Shown here: one piece after another, positions 39,547-49,431 of the stretch
Numbering within the stretch: position 1 is the first letter of the stretch
Layout: each line of letters begins with the position of its first letter
Assembly (NCBI GenBank): GCA_043805415.1
Contig: JAZDHZ010000002.1
Span: 15,773-79,772, forward strand
Direction of reading: 5' to 3'
Length of the DNA stretch: 64,000 nucleotides
Origin: Candidatus Omnitrophota bacterium
GTDB lineage: Bacteria > Omnitrophota > Gorgyraeia > B26-G9
Notes under the pieces: model-generated
The model's input: only the letters and a program-made list of their open reading frames with translations
The model's database searches: none
Told to the model about the DNA's origin: nothing
Translations under genes and position numbers: made by a program

Positions 39547-39951
39547 ATGGTAATGAATAGAAAAGGTTTTACATTAATTGAACTTCTGATCGTAATCGCG
39601 ATACTAGGTATTCTGGTAGCTCTTATATTACCTAGATTTGCGGATGTACGTGAAGATGCGAATACAAAAGTTTGTATCGCAAACTTGCGGGGTTTGGCTT
39701 CAGCAATGGCTACTTATGAAGCTAAAGAAAATACAAGTGCTCCATGGAATACAGCGGGTTTTCTGACTGCTGATCTTGTTACTATGCAGTATATCGCGGC
39801 TGAGCCGTTTTGCCCATATGAAGCAGGCAAGACAACACCGGTTGCTTATACGCTTGTAGTAAGTACAGCCACTACACCTGATTTAGCTACTTGTCCTAAT
39901 GGCCCTTCGCCTTCGGGTAATAATGATTATCCAGACCACGTTTGGCCGTAA
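39547..39951 (+). CDS. Type IV pilin 2 (paralog of pilin 1)
   Basis: RKG|FTLIELLIVIAILG; shares ANTKVC, AAEP.CPYE and DHVWP with pilin 1; start is 39547 or 39553. Confidence 0.93.
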   Translation: MVMNRKGFTLIELLIVIAILGILVALILPRFADVREDANTKVCIANLRGLASAMATYEAKENTSAPWNTAGFLTADLVTMQYIAAEPFCPYEAGKTTPVAYTLVVSTATTPDLATCPNGPSPSGNNDYPDHVWP

Positions 39952-39981
39952 TAAATGGTTTTTAGTATTTGGCTGAAGTTT

Positions 39982-40020
39982 AAAAGTGGACGGCATCTTA
40001 TTGTCGTCCACTTTTATTTT
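39982..40020 (+). terminator. Intrinsic terminator after the pilin genes
   Basis: AAAAGTGGACGGCA-tcttat-TGTCGTCCACTTTT followed by ATTTT. Confidence 0.85.
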
Positions 40021-40056
40021 AAATTCCTAAGCAATATGAAAAATTAAGGAATAAAA

Positions 40057-40785
40057 ATGCATCGTTTTTATCTTGATTCTGTTGATCTTAAAACAAAAAA
40101 AGCTTTTATCTTAGCTGATGAGGCCAAACACGCTTATAAAGTACTGCGGCTTAAAAAAAATGACCAAGTTATTGCTTTTGATGGAAAAGGCAATCAGTAT
40201 ACTGGTATTTTAGAATCAATTAATCCCCGAGAAGCTGTGATTGAAATTCAAAACATTGTACATCTTGAACCGCGGCTGCCGAAAATTACCTTAGCCGCAG
40301 CGATTCCCAAACAATCTAAGTTTGATGCGATTGTCGATAAATCCACACAGCTTGGGGTGGATATAATTATTCCCTTATTAACCGAAAGAACAATCGTAAA
40401 GCCCGGATTATTAAACCAGGAAGATAAAATTAAGCGTTGGCAGAAAATCGCGATCGAAGCAGCCAAACAATGCGGTCGCGTATATGTTCCCCAAATTGCT
40501 CCGCTGCATAAATTTGCGCGAATAGCTGAAAATGCGGATAAATTTGATTTATGTCTGATCGCGGCTTTGGATCAGAATACAGTTGTTTTAAAAGATGTTT
40601 TAAAAAATAGAAAACCCAAAAATGTTTTGGTTTTAATTGGTCCAGAAGGAGATTTTACTTCTGAGGAAGTAGAATCTGCTCGCAATTTCAGCGCGATTGC
40701 TGTATCATTAGGACCAAATGTTTTAAGGTGTGAAACAGCGGTTACTATGTTATTATCGGTTTTAAATTATGAATGGAAAACATAA
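40057..40785 (+). CDS. rsmE: 16S rRNA m3U1498 methyltransferase
   Basis: H..KVLRL, KSTQLGV, EAAKQCGR, IGPEGDF, LGPNVLRCETA. Confidence 0.93.
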   Translation: MHRFYLDSVDLKTKKAFILADEAKHAYKVLRLKKNDQVIAFDGKGNQYTGILESINPREAVIEIQNIVHLEPRLPKITLAAAIPKQSKFDAIVDKSTQLGVDIIIPLLTERTIVKPGLLNQEDKIKRWQKIAIEAAKQCGRVYVPQIAPLHKFARIAENADKFDLCLIAALDQNTVVLKDVLKNRKPKNVLVLIGPEGDFTSEEVESARNFSAIAVSLGPNVLRCETAVTMLLSVLNYEWKT

Positions 40786-41263
40786 AGCATCATTAAAAGT
40801 AATCATTGAGGGGTTAGGGTTAAAAGCTAGAAATTTTGTTTTAAAAGAGCAAAGAAAATTTCTAATAATCCTGATTGTGTTTTTTTTGTATTTTTTTGTT
40901 GTGGTCATGTATCAGGTTTCTTCAAAAGTTCCGGTTAAACAAGCAGCGCCAAAACAGATCAGCCAATTATGTTTACTTGAGTTCATAAACGGGTGGAGAG
41001 ATTATCAGCAGAATTTTGATATCAAAGATATGCGTTTTGGTGAGAAATTTCTCTCATTCACTATAAATTTAAAATTAAAAACAAAATCAATCCTAATTGT
41101 TAAAAAACTGGCTATGGAAATGATCTTAGGCCTTGAAGAAGAATATCCTGAGCTTGAGAGTATAAATATCAGAGTGATCTGCTATCAGGACTTAGACAAG
41201 ATAGTTTATGGAACTGCTGTCTATAATCGGGACATGGATGAGGTTACCTGGACATATAAATAA
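40769..41263 (+). CDS. Hypothetical single-TM protein
   Basis: One hydrophobic segment followed by a small alpha/beta domain; overlaps the end of rsmE. Confidence 0.6.
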   Translation: MNGKHKASLKVIIEGLGLKARNFVLKEQRKFLIILIVFFLYFFVVVMYQVSSKVPVKQAAPKQISQLCLLEFINGWRDYQQNFDIKDMRFGEKFLSFTINLKLKTKSILIVKKLAMEMILGLEEEYPELESINIRVICYQDLDKIVYGTAVYNRDMDEVTWTYK

Positions 41264-41288
41264 ACCGCGGATAAAGTCAATTTTCTAA

Positions 41289-42608
41289 ATGAGTTTGAAT
41301 ATGAATAAAGCGATTAAAAAAACCTGTGCGTTTTATACATTTGGCTGTAAAGTAAATCAGTATGAAACACAATTTATCCGGGAACAGTTTTTAAAACAAG
41401 GTTTTGTGGAAACAAAAGAAAAACCTGCCTATTATATTGTCAATGGATGTACAGTTACTTCAGCGGCGGATCGTAAATGCCGCTACCTGCTCAGATCTTT
41501 GCATAAAAAAAATCCTCAGGCAAAAATAATTATTACCGGCTGCTTTGCTAAAAATAATCCGAATATTAAAAAACAGAATATGGGGATTAGTCAGGTGATT
41601 GAACCGGGGCAAAAATCAATGCTCATTGATATTGCGCAAAACAATATCAATGACCGGATTATTGATCCTTTAGCCAAAGACAAAAAATTGAATAGCCTGC
41701 GAAAAGAAATGATTACGGATTTTCAGGCGCACAGCCGGGCTTTTGTAAAAGTTCAGGACGGCTGTGATAATTTCTGCAGTTATTGTATTGTTCCTTATAT
41801 GCGCGGTTTGCCGATGAGCCGGGCAATAAAAGTTATAATAAAAGAAGTTACTGGTTTAGTAAACAAAGGGTTTAAAGAAATTGTGCTTACCGGAATCAAT
41901 CTGGGAATGTGGGGCTCGGAATCTGGCAAAGTAAATGGTAAATTGCCGGAGCTGATAAACCAATTGGTAAAAATAAAACAATTAAAGCGCTTAAGGTTAA
42001 GTTCAGTGGAATTCGCACATGTCGATGATTTGCTTATCGAACAATTTAAAAAATCCAAAAAGATCTGCGCGCATTTACATATTCCGCTGCAAAGCGGTGA
42101 CGATGATATCCTGAAAAAAATGAACCGGCGCTATAACCGGGTTTTGTTTTTAAACCGGATAAACCAAATAAAACAAGCTATTCCGCGGATCTGTTTTACC
42201 ACGGATATAATGGTTGGCTTTCCCGGAGAAACTGAGGAAAACCTTAATAATACCATTGATATTGTAAAAAAGGCCGGGTTTTTAAAAGTGCATATTTTTC
42301 CTTTTAGTCCAAGACCCGGCACACCAGCAGCTAGAATGCCGGAACAGATTGATAAGAAAATTAAAGACAAATATAAGAAAAATCTCGCAGAGATTTCTAA
42401 ACAGACAAGCTTTGAAGTCAGAAAAAAATTACTTAATACAAAACTAATAGTGCTTTTTGAAGAGTTGTCCAAAGATGGTTATTGGATGGGATATTCTGAT
42501 AATTATGTGCAAATAAAGCTGAAATCTGCTCAAAATCTGAAAAATTTGATATTGCCAATAAAAATAAGCCGGGTGACGGCTGATGATACTATTGGGATTC
42601 TGGCATAA
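41289..42608 (+). CDS. mtaB: tRNA t6A37 methylthiotransferase
   Basis: TFGCKVNQYET, NGCTVT..ADRKCR, GCDNFCSYC, EIVLTGINLG, HIFPFSPRPGT. Confidence 0.93.
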   Translation: MSLNMNKAIKKTCAFYTFGCKVNQYETQFIREQFLKQGFVETKEKPAYYIVNGCTVTSAADRKCRYLLRSLHKKNPQAKIIITGCFAKNNPNIKKQNMGISQVIEPGQKSMLIDIAQNNINDRIIDPLAKDKKLNSLRKEMITDFQAHSRAFVKVQDGCDNFCSYCIVPYMRGLPMSRAIKVIIKEVTGLVNKGFKEIVLTGINLGMWGSESGKVNGKLPELINQLVKIKQLKRLRLSSVEFAHVDDLLIEQFKKSKKICAHLHIPLQSGDDDILKKMNRRYNRVLFLNRINQIKQAIPRICFTTDIMVGFPGETEENLNNTIDIVKKAGFLKVHIFPFSPRPGTPAARMPEQIDKKIKDKYKKNLAEISKQTSFEVRKKLLNTKLIVLFEELSKDGYWMGYSDNYVQIKLKSAQNLKNLILPIKISRVTADDTIGILA

Positions 42609-42693
42609 TAAACTAATGAAATACTCGAAAAACGCTTTAAATCCTGCTGAATATTAGATCTAACATGTTTGCCAACACATACTTAAATATGTC

Positions 42694-42722
42694 TTGAATA
42701 GATTTTGAATATATGCTAGACT
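42694..42722 (+). promoter_or_regulatory. Putative sigma70 promoter of pilMNOPQ
   Basis: TTGAAT-17 bp-TAGACT with TGn. Confidence 0.6.
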
Positions 42723-42781
42723 AAATGCATAATAAAAAATTAAAAAGCTGCTTTTTAAAGGACTTGAGTTAGTTTAAGACC

Positions 42782-43822
42782 ATGGAACAAATAAAAAATT
42801 TATTAAATAAATTTATCAAGCAAAAGCCTAAATTTGAAGTGGGACTTGATATCGGCAATTCTAGTGTTAAAGTTGTGCAATTGCTATCAAAGTCTAATAG
42901 CAAACTAAGAGAACTTGTTAGTTTTGATGTTCAGAAATTTAATGGCACGGGTAATGATGCGATTGCTGAGGCAATCAAAAAAGCTTTGAAAAATGCCAAT
43001 ATCACAGCTACCTCGGTCAATACTTCAGTTTCCGGACAAGCGGTTATTGTGCGGTATATTCAAATGCCAAAAATGTCCAAAGAAGATCTGGATAAAGCGC
43101 TTAAACTGGGAATTGGTAAATATATTCCTTTTGGCGTTGATGAAGTAAATTGCGATTCGCAGATTCTTGATGATTCTGACAAGAAATCCAAGATGATGAA
43201 GGTATTGCTGGTTGCGGTTAAAAAAGATATTGTCAAAGAGAGAATGACTATCCTGTCTAAAGCAGGGCTGACGGCTAATATTATTGATGTTGATTCTTTT
43301 GCGATTGTTAATTCATTTCAATTAGTCAGCCAAGAAAATATGGGGATTATCGCGGTTTTAGATATCGGCGCTGAAATTTCCAGTACAACTATTCTAAAGG
43401 ATAATGTGCCGCATTTTAATCGCGATGTGCCAATTGGCGGTAATAATTTTACCAAGGCAATAATTGAAGAATTTGAAATGACGGTTGAAGAGGCGGAAGA
43501 GCTTAAACATAATCCCCAAACTCGCTATGGAGATTTAATTACCGCCATTCGTCCGGTTATTGACGCGCTTGCTGATGAGATGCACTTGTCGTTTAATTAT
43601 TGTGAAAGCCAGCTGGGCGGGTCAGTACAGAAAATTTTCCTTACTGGCGGTACGGCAAAATTCAAAGGAATCGGTAAAGTCCTAAGTGGGATTTTAGGAG
43701 TTGATGTGGAAATTTGGGATCCGACGAGAATTTTGCTGGTTAATGAGTCTTTGCCCAGAGACAAACTGGTAGAAACCGGGCCGCTTTTGACTGTTGCCGT
43801 GGGTTTGGCTTTAAGAGGATAG
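42782..43822 (+). CDS. pilM: Type IV pilus assembly protein PilM
   Basis: VGLDIGNSSVK, YIPF, LLVAVKK, IDVD, LDIGA, LTGG, AVGLALRG. Confidence 0.95.
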   Translation: MEQIKNLLNKFIKQKPKFEVGLDIGNSSVKVVQLLSKSNSKLRELVSFDVQKFNGTGNDAIAEAIKKALKNANITATSVNTSVSGQAVIVRYIQMPKMSKEDLDKALKLGIGKYIPFGVDEVNCDSQILDDSDKKSKMMKVLLVAVKKDIVKERMTILSKAGLTANIIDVDSFAIVNSFQLVSQENMGIIAVLDIGAEISSTTILKDNVPHFNRDVPIGGNNFTKAIIEEFEMTVEEAEELKHNPQTRYGDLITAIRPVIDALADEMHLSFNYCESQLGGSVQKIFLTGGTAKFKGIGKVLSGILGVDVEIWDPTRILLVNESLPRDKLVETGPLLTVAVGLALRG

Positions 43823-43825
43823 GTT

Positions 43826-44449
43826 ATGATAGAAATTAATTTACTCCCTTCAGAATATAAAACTCAAAGAAAAGCAAAAGCAAAAAATGTGCCGGTAAAT
43901 TTAATCCTTATCAGTACTAATGCTCTGCTGACTGCGGTTTTATTAATTGTTACGGGTATGAATCTTTCGCGAACTGTTACCTTAAGCGCTTTAAATACGA
44001 GACTGGAAGGTTTGGCGCCTGAACAGCAAAAGATAATTGCTTTACAGCGGAGAATGCAAAGTTTAAAATCAACTAACGCGATGTTTAGTCCTTTAGTGGA
44101 TAATCGGTTTTTATGGGCAAAAAAACTTTATTATTTAGATGCTGCGATGCTTCCGGGAATATGGCTGAGAAGTCTTTCTTTGGAAAAAAAAATAATTAAT
44201 ACAATGCTTGATCCGAGTTATCCCGGCAATTCAGTAAATCATTTAAAAATTGGCGCAACTGTGGTTTCAATTTCGCATGATGAAATGGGAACTGTCGGCA
44301 AATTAATCAGAAAACTAAAAACAAGTGATGAATTTTTTAAGGATTTCAGCAATATCGAGTTAGAAGGAGTTGTTAGCCGGAGTATTGGTTCTGTGGAAGT
44401 CATGGATTTTACTTTACTTTGTTTGTTTAAACCGGAAATTAACTTATGA
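43826..44449 (+). CDS. pilN: Type IV pilus assembly protein PilN
   Basis: MIEINLLP N-terminus, one TM, coiled coil, PGIWL. Confidence 0.88.
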   Translation: MIEINLLPSEYKTQRKAKAKNVPVNLILISTNALLTAVLLIVTGMNLSRTVTLSALNTRLEGLAPEQQKIIALQRRMQSLKSTNAMFSPLVDNRFLWAKKLYYLDAAMLPGIWLRSLSLEKKIINTMLDPSYPGNSVNHLKIGATVVSISHDEMGTVGKLIRKLKTSDEFFKDFSNIELEGVVSRSIGSVEVMDFTLLCLFKPEINL

Positions 44450-45009
44450 GTTTAGATCTTTCTTTTTTTAAAAAAATAAAAATTCCAGTTTTTCAGATTG
44501 TCTTGGGTTGTATTGCTGCTGCTTGTCTTTTTTTGACAGTTCCCCAAGTAATTAATATGCAGAAAATTTCTAAAGAAGTAGCGGATAAAAGGACGATTCT
44601 TAAGGACCTTGATAGCGGGATTAAAAATTTTGCTCTTTTAGAAAAAGATGAAGCATCAATGAGTAAAGCCTATAATGATTTTTTGGCTAGTTTGCCGGCG
44701 CAAAAAGAATTTCCAATTTTTCTTGAATTAATTTCCCAGATGGCAAAAAATAATAATGTAAAGATTATTGCCATGGAACCGCAAAAAACAACAGATATTC
44801 AAAGCCTGTTTTTTGTTAAGATCCCGGTTTTTGTTGACGCGTATTGCGGTTACCATGAGTTAGGAAAGTTTATAAACGATATCGAATCCGCTGATAAATT
44901 GATGAAGATTGGTACAATTAAAATAACCAAAGATGATCCGGATTCTGAAATGTTGCAAGTTTTTCTTTTAATCCATACTTTTTGTCTAATCGAGGATGAT
45001 AGTGTCTAA
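44446..45009 (+). CDS. pilO: Type IV pilus assembly protein PilO
   Basis: TM, LPAQKEFP, GYHELGKFI; position after pilN. Confidence 0.88.
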   Translation: MSLDLSFFKKIKIPVFQIVLGCIAAACLFLTVPQVINMQKISKEVADKRTILKDLDSGIKNFALLEKDEASMSKAYNDFLASLPAQKEFPIFLELISQMAKNNNVKIIAMEPQKTTDIQSLFFVKIPVFVDAYCGYHELGKFINDIESADKLMKIGTIKITKDDPDSEMLQVFLLIHTFCLIEDDSV

Positions 45010-45379
45010 GCGATCACTGGTTATAATTATATTATTATTTTGTTGTCAAACCGCTAATGCTAAGAGCGCTGGGCGTGATTTTATTTATAAAGATGAGGGG
45101 ACGCGTGATCCGTTTATCGCTTTGGTAACCAGTGACGGAAGAATTCTGCCGGGCGCGCGTGAAACCACGGAATCAACTAATATTGAGCTTGAAGGTGTTA
45201 TCTGGGATCCAAACGGTAATTCATTAGCGATAATTAATGGAAAACCAGTTAAAGAGCAGCAGCGAATAATGAATTTGCAGGTTTTAAAGATAAAAAAGGA
45301 CAGTGTGCTTTTACAAAAAGAGGGGAAAGTTATTGTGGTTTATTTAAAAAAAGGAGGGGGAGATACAAATGGTGAATGA
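44996..45379 (+). CDS. PilP-like protein
   Basis: Signal sequence, RDPF motif, LEGVIW..AIING; lies between pilO and the secretin. Confidence 0.78.
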   Translation: MIVSKRSLVIIILLFCCQTANAKSAGRDFIYKDEGTRDPFIALVTSDGRILPGARETTESTNIELEGVIWDPNGNSLAIINGKPVKEQQRIMNLQVLKIKKDSVLLQKEGKVIVVYLKKGGGDTNGE

Positions 45380-47156
45380 TAAAACTTTAACTTTTAAGGT
45401 AAAACTAGCAGGAGTGATATTTATTCTAGTTTTGGGGGTAGGTTCTTTTATCGCCGCTAATGGAGTAAATGAAATGCAAGTCGAAGACGCGGGTGAAGGT
45501 AATATTAGTGTGGAGTTTAAAGACGCGGATATTCATGATGTATTTAGAGTTTTGGCATTAAAAGGCAATGTAAGTATAGTTTCTGATCCAGAAGTAAAAG
45601 GTTTAGTTACAGTTCAGATAACAGACATTCCCTGGGAAAAGGCTTTGGATGTTATTTGCCGTACTTATGCTTATGCTTATGAGCGTGAGGCTAATATCAT
45701 TAGAGTTACTACCTTAGATAAGCAGGGACAGGAAAATCTAGTGACTGATGTTTTTCCGCTAAATTACGCGAAAGCAGCAAGTGTTGCTACGGCGATAGCG
45801 GAAATGCGCTCAGACAGAGGGAAAATTAAAGCGGATGACCGGGCAAATCTTATAATTGTTACTGATATTCCAACCAATATTTATAAGATTGCTCAGGTAA
45901 TTAAAAGACTTGATTCCATCACCCCGCAAGTTACCATAGAAGCTAAGATTGTGGAAACTAATATGACTAATAGTGAGGATTTAGGAATTAAATGGAATGC
46001 TGCATATAGTGCGGGCATGTCCAGCCGTCCAACTACTTTTCCCTGGCCTGCCAATAGTGCTGGGAAAGTATATGATAGTTATTTACCTTTAGGCGACGAT
46101 GCAGCGACCTTTCATTCCGGAGCGGCTGTACCCTCATTTCCTTTAGCGGAAGCAACAAGTTTTTCTTATGGGATTTTAGATGGAAGTGCTTTCAATGTTT
46201 TGCTTGAAGCTATTCAGAGCAAAGGAAAAACCAAAATACTTTCTAATCCAAGAATCACAACACTGGATAATGAACCGGCGGAAATTCATGTGGGAACAGA
46301 CTGGCCGATTGCTAATTATACATATAATGAGCAAACCGATAGATTTGTTATCAGCGGATGGGAATATAAAAGTTACGGGATTTTGCTAAAAGTTACCCCG
46401 ACGATTAATCAGAATGGTTATGTTACTTTAAAATTGCATCCAGAGATTAGCGATAAACAAGAAGAAATTGATTTTCAGGGTGCGCGCGTACCGGTACTAA
46501 CCACGCAATCAACTGATTGTACAGTAATGATTAAAGACGGAAATACTCTGGTTATTGGCGGATTGATAAAAGATAAAGTTGTTACAACTAAAACAAAAGT
46601 TCCGTTATTAGGAGATATTCCTTTACTCGGAATATTATTTACGCATAAATCAGAAGAAATTATAAAGAATGATTTATTGATTTTCATTACTCCGCATATT
46701 ATCAAAGAGGAAAATTTAGCTAAGCGTCAGCAGATAACCCAGGCTTTAGATGTTCAGAGACTGGTTAATCTAGCGCCTAATTCAGAAGAGAATTTACTCG
46801 TGGCTACAAGTGATAAAGATAAAAAAGATAGCTTTATCCAAGGGGAAATGTTTGTCGATCAGACTCAGACTGATTCTGTTTCAGCAGTTGAGCCGGCAAT
46901 GGAAATGCCTAAATCAGCAGCCAGTGCTAAAGAAGATATAATGGTGATTGATGAACAAGAATTTAGTCCGGAAGCGGCAACAACTCAGGTAAATAAGTCT
47001 TCTTTGCCTGAGGCAAAGCCTGTTGCCATCACCCCGCAACCCAAAAAACAAGCTCAGGTAAAGACTCTGGTTGAGCCAAAACCAGCAAAAGAAAAAGTTG
47101 GGGAAGAAAACACGGAAAAAAAAGACGGCAATAAAGGCGTTATTTTTAAAAAATAG
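45369..47156 (+). CDS. pilQ: Type IV pilus secretin PilQ
   Basis: ISVEFKDADI, VTIEAKIVE, LSNPRITTLDN, LKVTPTI, KVPLLGDIPLLG, LLIFITPHII. Confidence 0.93.
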   Translation: MVNDKTLTFKVKLAGVIFILVLGVGSFIAANGVNEMQVEDAGEGNISVEFKDADIHDVFRVLALKGNVSIVSDPEVKGLVTVQITDIPWEKALDVICRTYAYAYEREANIIRVTTLDKQGQENLVTDVFPLNYAKAASVATAIAEMRSDRGKIKADDRANLIIVTDIPTNIYKIAQVIKRLDSITPQVTIEAKIVETNMTNSEDLGIKWNAAYSAGMSSRPTTFPWPANSAGKVYDSYLPLGDDAATFHSGAAVPSFPLAEATSFSYGILDGSAFNVLLEAIQSKGKTKILSNPRITTLDNEPAEIHVGTDWPIANYTYNEQTDRFVISGWEYKSYGILLKVTPTINQNGYVTLKLHPEISDKQEEIDFQGARVPVLTTQSTDCTVMIKDGNTLVIGGLIKDKVVTTKTKVPLLGDIPLLGILFTHKSEEIIKNDLLIFITPHIIKEENLAKRQQITQALDVQRLVNLAPNSEENLLVATSDKDKKDSFIQGEMFVDQTQTDSVSAVEPAMEMPKSAASAKEDIMVIDEQEFSPEAATTQVNKSSLPEAKPVAITPQPKKQAQVKTLVEPKPAKEKVGEENTEKKDGNKGVIFKK

Positions 47157-47180
47157 TAATTGACGTTTGCTGCTTAGGTG

Positions 47181-47240
47181 AAGACAAAAACAAAGACAGA
47201 AGACTCCTAAGTTGGTCTTAAGTCCTTGTTTTTGTCTTTT
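47181..47240 (+). terminator. Long hairpin after pilQ (likely terminator or processing site)
   Basis: AAGACAAAAACAAAGAC..AAGAC / GTCTT..GTCCTTGTTTTTGTCTT inverted repeat. Confidence 0.6.
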
Positions 47241-47252
47241 AAAAGGTTATAA

Positions 47253-47558
47253 ATGCAGGTAACAAAAATAAATATTAGTTTTAGCAAAAAAGGAATGATC
47301 CGGTATATTTCACATCTTGATTTTATACGATTGATTTACCGCGCGCTCAGGCGTGCTGATCTGCCTTTTATGCTAAGCGAAGGGTTTAACCCGCGGCCAA
47401 AAATTAACTTTGGACAAGCTTTGAAGCTTGGAGTTGAGGGAGTTATGGATATTGTGTTTTTTTTAAAAACACAAGTAGCGCTTGAGGAATTTAAACAAAG
47501 AATTGAACAGCAGTTAACTAAAGATATAAGGATACTGGGAATTAGTTATGGAAAGTAA
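47253..47558 (+). CDS. Radical SAM-linked protein (DUF2344/TIGR03936-like), short form
   Basis: FSKKGMIRYISHLD, RALRRADLP, SEGFNPRPK; usual position upstream of rng. Confidence 0.88.
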   Translation: MQVTKINISFSKKGMIRYISHLDFIRLIYRALRRADLPFMLSEGFNPRPKINFGQALKLGVEGVMDIVFFLKTQVALEEFKQRIEQQLTKDIRILGISYGK

Positions 47559-49056
47559 AGAAATTTTAATTAGTGTTGATGAACAGGAAAAGCGAGTAGC
47601 TATTCTTGAAGACAATAAACTTGAAGAATTTTTCTTGGAAAGAACAGCTATTCAGCATCTGGCAGGAAATATTTATAAAGGCCGGGTCGCGCAAATAGTT
47701 AAAGGTATGGAAGCTGCTTTTGTTGATATTGGTCTGGGCAAAAACGGTTTCCTGTATGTACAGGAATTACTCCCTGAAAAACCGGATGAATATTCTGTTG
47801 AGATTGAAGAAAGCATTGTTGTTGTTGAGACAGCGGCTCCTAAGGTTAATGAAGAAAGAGTTAGAATTGAGAATTTGCTGAGCAAAGGACAAGAAGTATT
47901 AGTTCAGGTTGTTAAGGAACCTTTTGGCACAAAAGGCTGTAGATTAACCAGCCATATAAGTTTACCGGGACGGTTTCTGGTGCTTATGCCTTATAGTAAA
48001 AATATTGGTATTTCTAAGAAAGTAACCAATGAAAAAGAACGGGCAAGGCTTAAGCAGCTATTAAAAGATATCGGATTACCAAAGGAAATGGGATGTATTG
48101 TCCGTACTCAGGCAGTAGGCATGGGCAAGGATGAATTTAAAAGAGAGTTAAAATATTTATTAAGGCTGTGGAATACAATTCAAACCAAGTCAGCTAAAAG
48201 CAAAGCGCCGGCTTTAATTCATGAAGAATATGATATTGTTTTAAGGATTGCTCGAGACATTTTCAGCGATGATGCTAAAAGCCTGATTATTGATAGCAAG
48301 GATGACTATAAACGGGTGATGAGTTTTATCAAAGCATTGGCTCCGCAATTGCGTAATCGGATAAAATTGCATAAAGACAAAATGCATTTATTTGAAAAAT
48401 TTGATGTTGAACATCAAATCGATCAAATCTATGACCAGAAGATTCCTTTGAAAAAAGGGGGATATATTGTTATTGAGCGGACTGAGGCTTTGGTCTCAAT
48501 TGATGTGAACAGCGGCAGCTTTGTTAACCGGGGAAGACTTGAGGAAACAGCATTTTTAACTAATCTGGAAGCTGCCAAAGAAATTGCCCGGCAGGCAATG
48601 CTTAAAGATTTAGCCGGGATTATTGTTATTGATTTTATTGATATGCAAAAGAACGCGCACCAAAAGAAAATATTGCAGGTTTTGACAAAAGCTTTGGAAA
48701 AAGATAAGGCGCGATCAACAATTTATCCCTTTTCTCCTTTAGGTCTAGTCCAAATCGCTCGGCAGAGAATTCGCAAAAACATTGAAAGCGTAATCTTTCA
48801 AAAATGTGCTGCCTGTGAGGGGACTGGACGGATAAAATCAACGCAATCTGTTGCAATCAAAGTGCTAAGGCAAATTAAAAACCATCTTAAAACTCATAAA
48901 AAGCGCTATCTTGAAGTAAAAGTAAATCCCAAGATAGCATTGCGTTTTTTAAATGAAGATCGAGTCGCGATTATCAATATGGAAAAGAGATTATGGGTAA
49001 AAATCGCTGTATTTACCGATGAACAATTAGGTATTGAAGATGTATTATTTTTATGA
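47548..49056 (+). CDS. rng: Ribonuclease E/G family (RNase G-like)
   Basis: GNIYKGRV, AAFVDIG, VQVVKEP, IDVNSG, TNLEAA, GIIVIDFIDM, CAACEG. Confidence 0.93.
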   Translation: MESKEILISVDEQEKRVAILEDNKLEEFFLERTAIQHLAGNIYKGRVAQIVKGMEAAFVDIGLGKNGFLYVQELLPEKPDEYSVEIEESIVVVETAAPKVNEERVRIENLLSKGQEVLVQVVKEPFGTKGCRLTSHISLPGRFLVLMPYSKNIGISKKVTNEKERARLKQLLKDIGLPKEMGCIVRTQAVGMGKDEFKRELKYLLRLWNTIQTKSAKSKAPALIHEEYDIVLRIARDIFSDDAKSLIIDSKDDYKRVMSFIKALAPQLRNRIKLHKDKMHLFEKFDVEHQIDQIYDQKIPLKKGGYIVIERTEALVSIDVNSGSFVNRGRLEETAFLTNLEAAKEIARQAMLKDLAGIIVIDFIDMQKNAHQKKILQVLTKALEKDKARSTIYPFSPLGLVQIARQRIRKNIESVIFQKCAACEGTGRIKSTQSVAIKVLRQIKNHLKTHKKRYLEVKVNPKIALRFLNEDRVAIINMEKRLWVKIAVFTDEQLGIEDVLFL

Positions 49057-49119
49057 TATACTCATTTGTTGTTTTAAAAATTGAGAAAACTAAAATTAAG
49101 CAATTTGGAGGTGGACAAA

Positions 49120-49431
49120 GTGTACGCAATATTAGAAATTGGCGGTAAGCAGTATAAAGTTGCCCAAGACGATATTATTGAAGTTAACAAAATCGAGCAA
49201 GATGATAATAGCTCTGTTACTTTAGATAAAGTTATTTTGGTTGCTGATGGAGAAAACATTAAAGTAGGCCAACCTTATGTCGCAGGTGCTAATGTAGAAG
49301 CAGAAGTTTTAGCGCAGACTAAAGCTCCTAAGGTAATAATTTACAAGTATTTAAGAAGAAAAGATTCACACAAAAAGACCGGGCATCGTCAAAAGTTAAC
49401 AAAGTTATTAATTAAAAAAATCAATAATTAA
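49120..49431 (+). CDS. rplU: 50S ribosomal protein L21
   Basis: SD GGAGGT with GTG start; YAILEIGGKQYKV, GHRQ. Confidence 0.96.
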   Translation: MYAILEIGGKQYKVAQDDIIEVNKIEQDDNSSVTLDKVILVADGENIKVGQPYVAGANVEAEVLAQTKAPKVIIYKYLRRKDSHKKTGHRQKLTKLLIKKINN

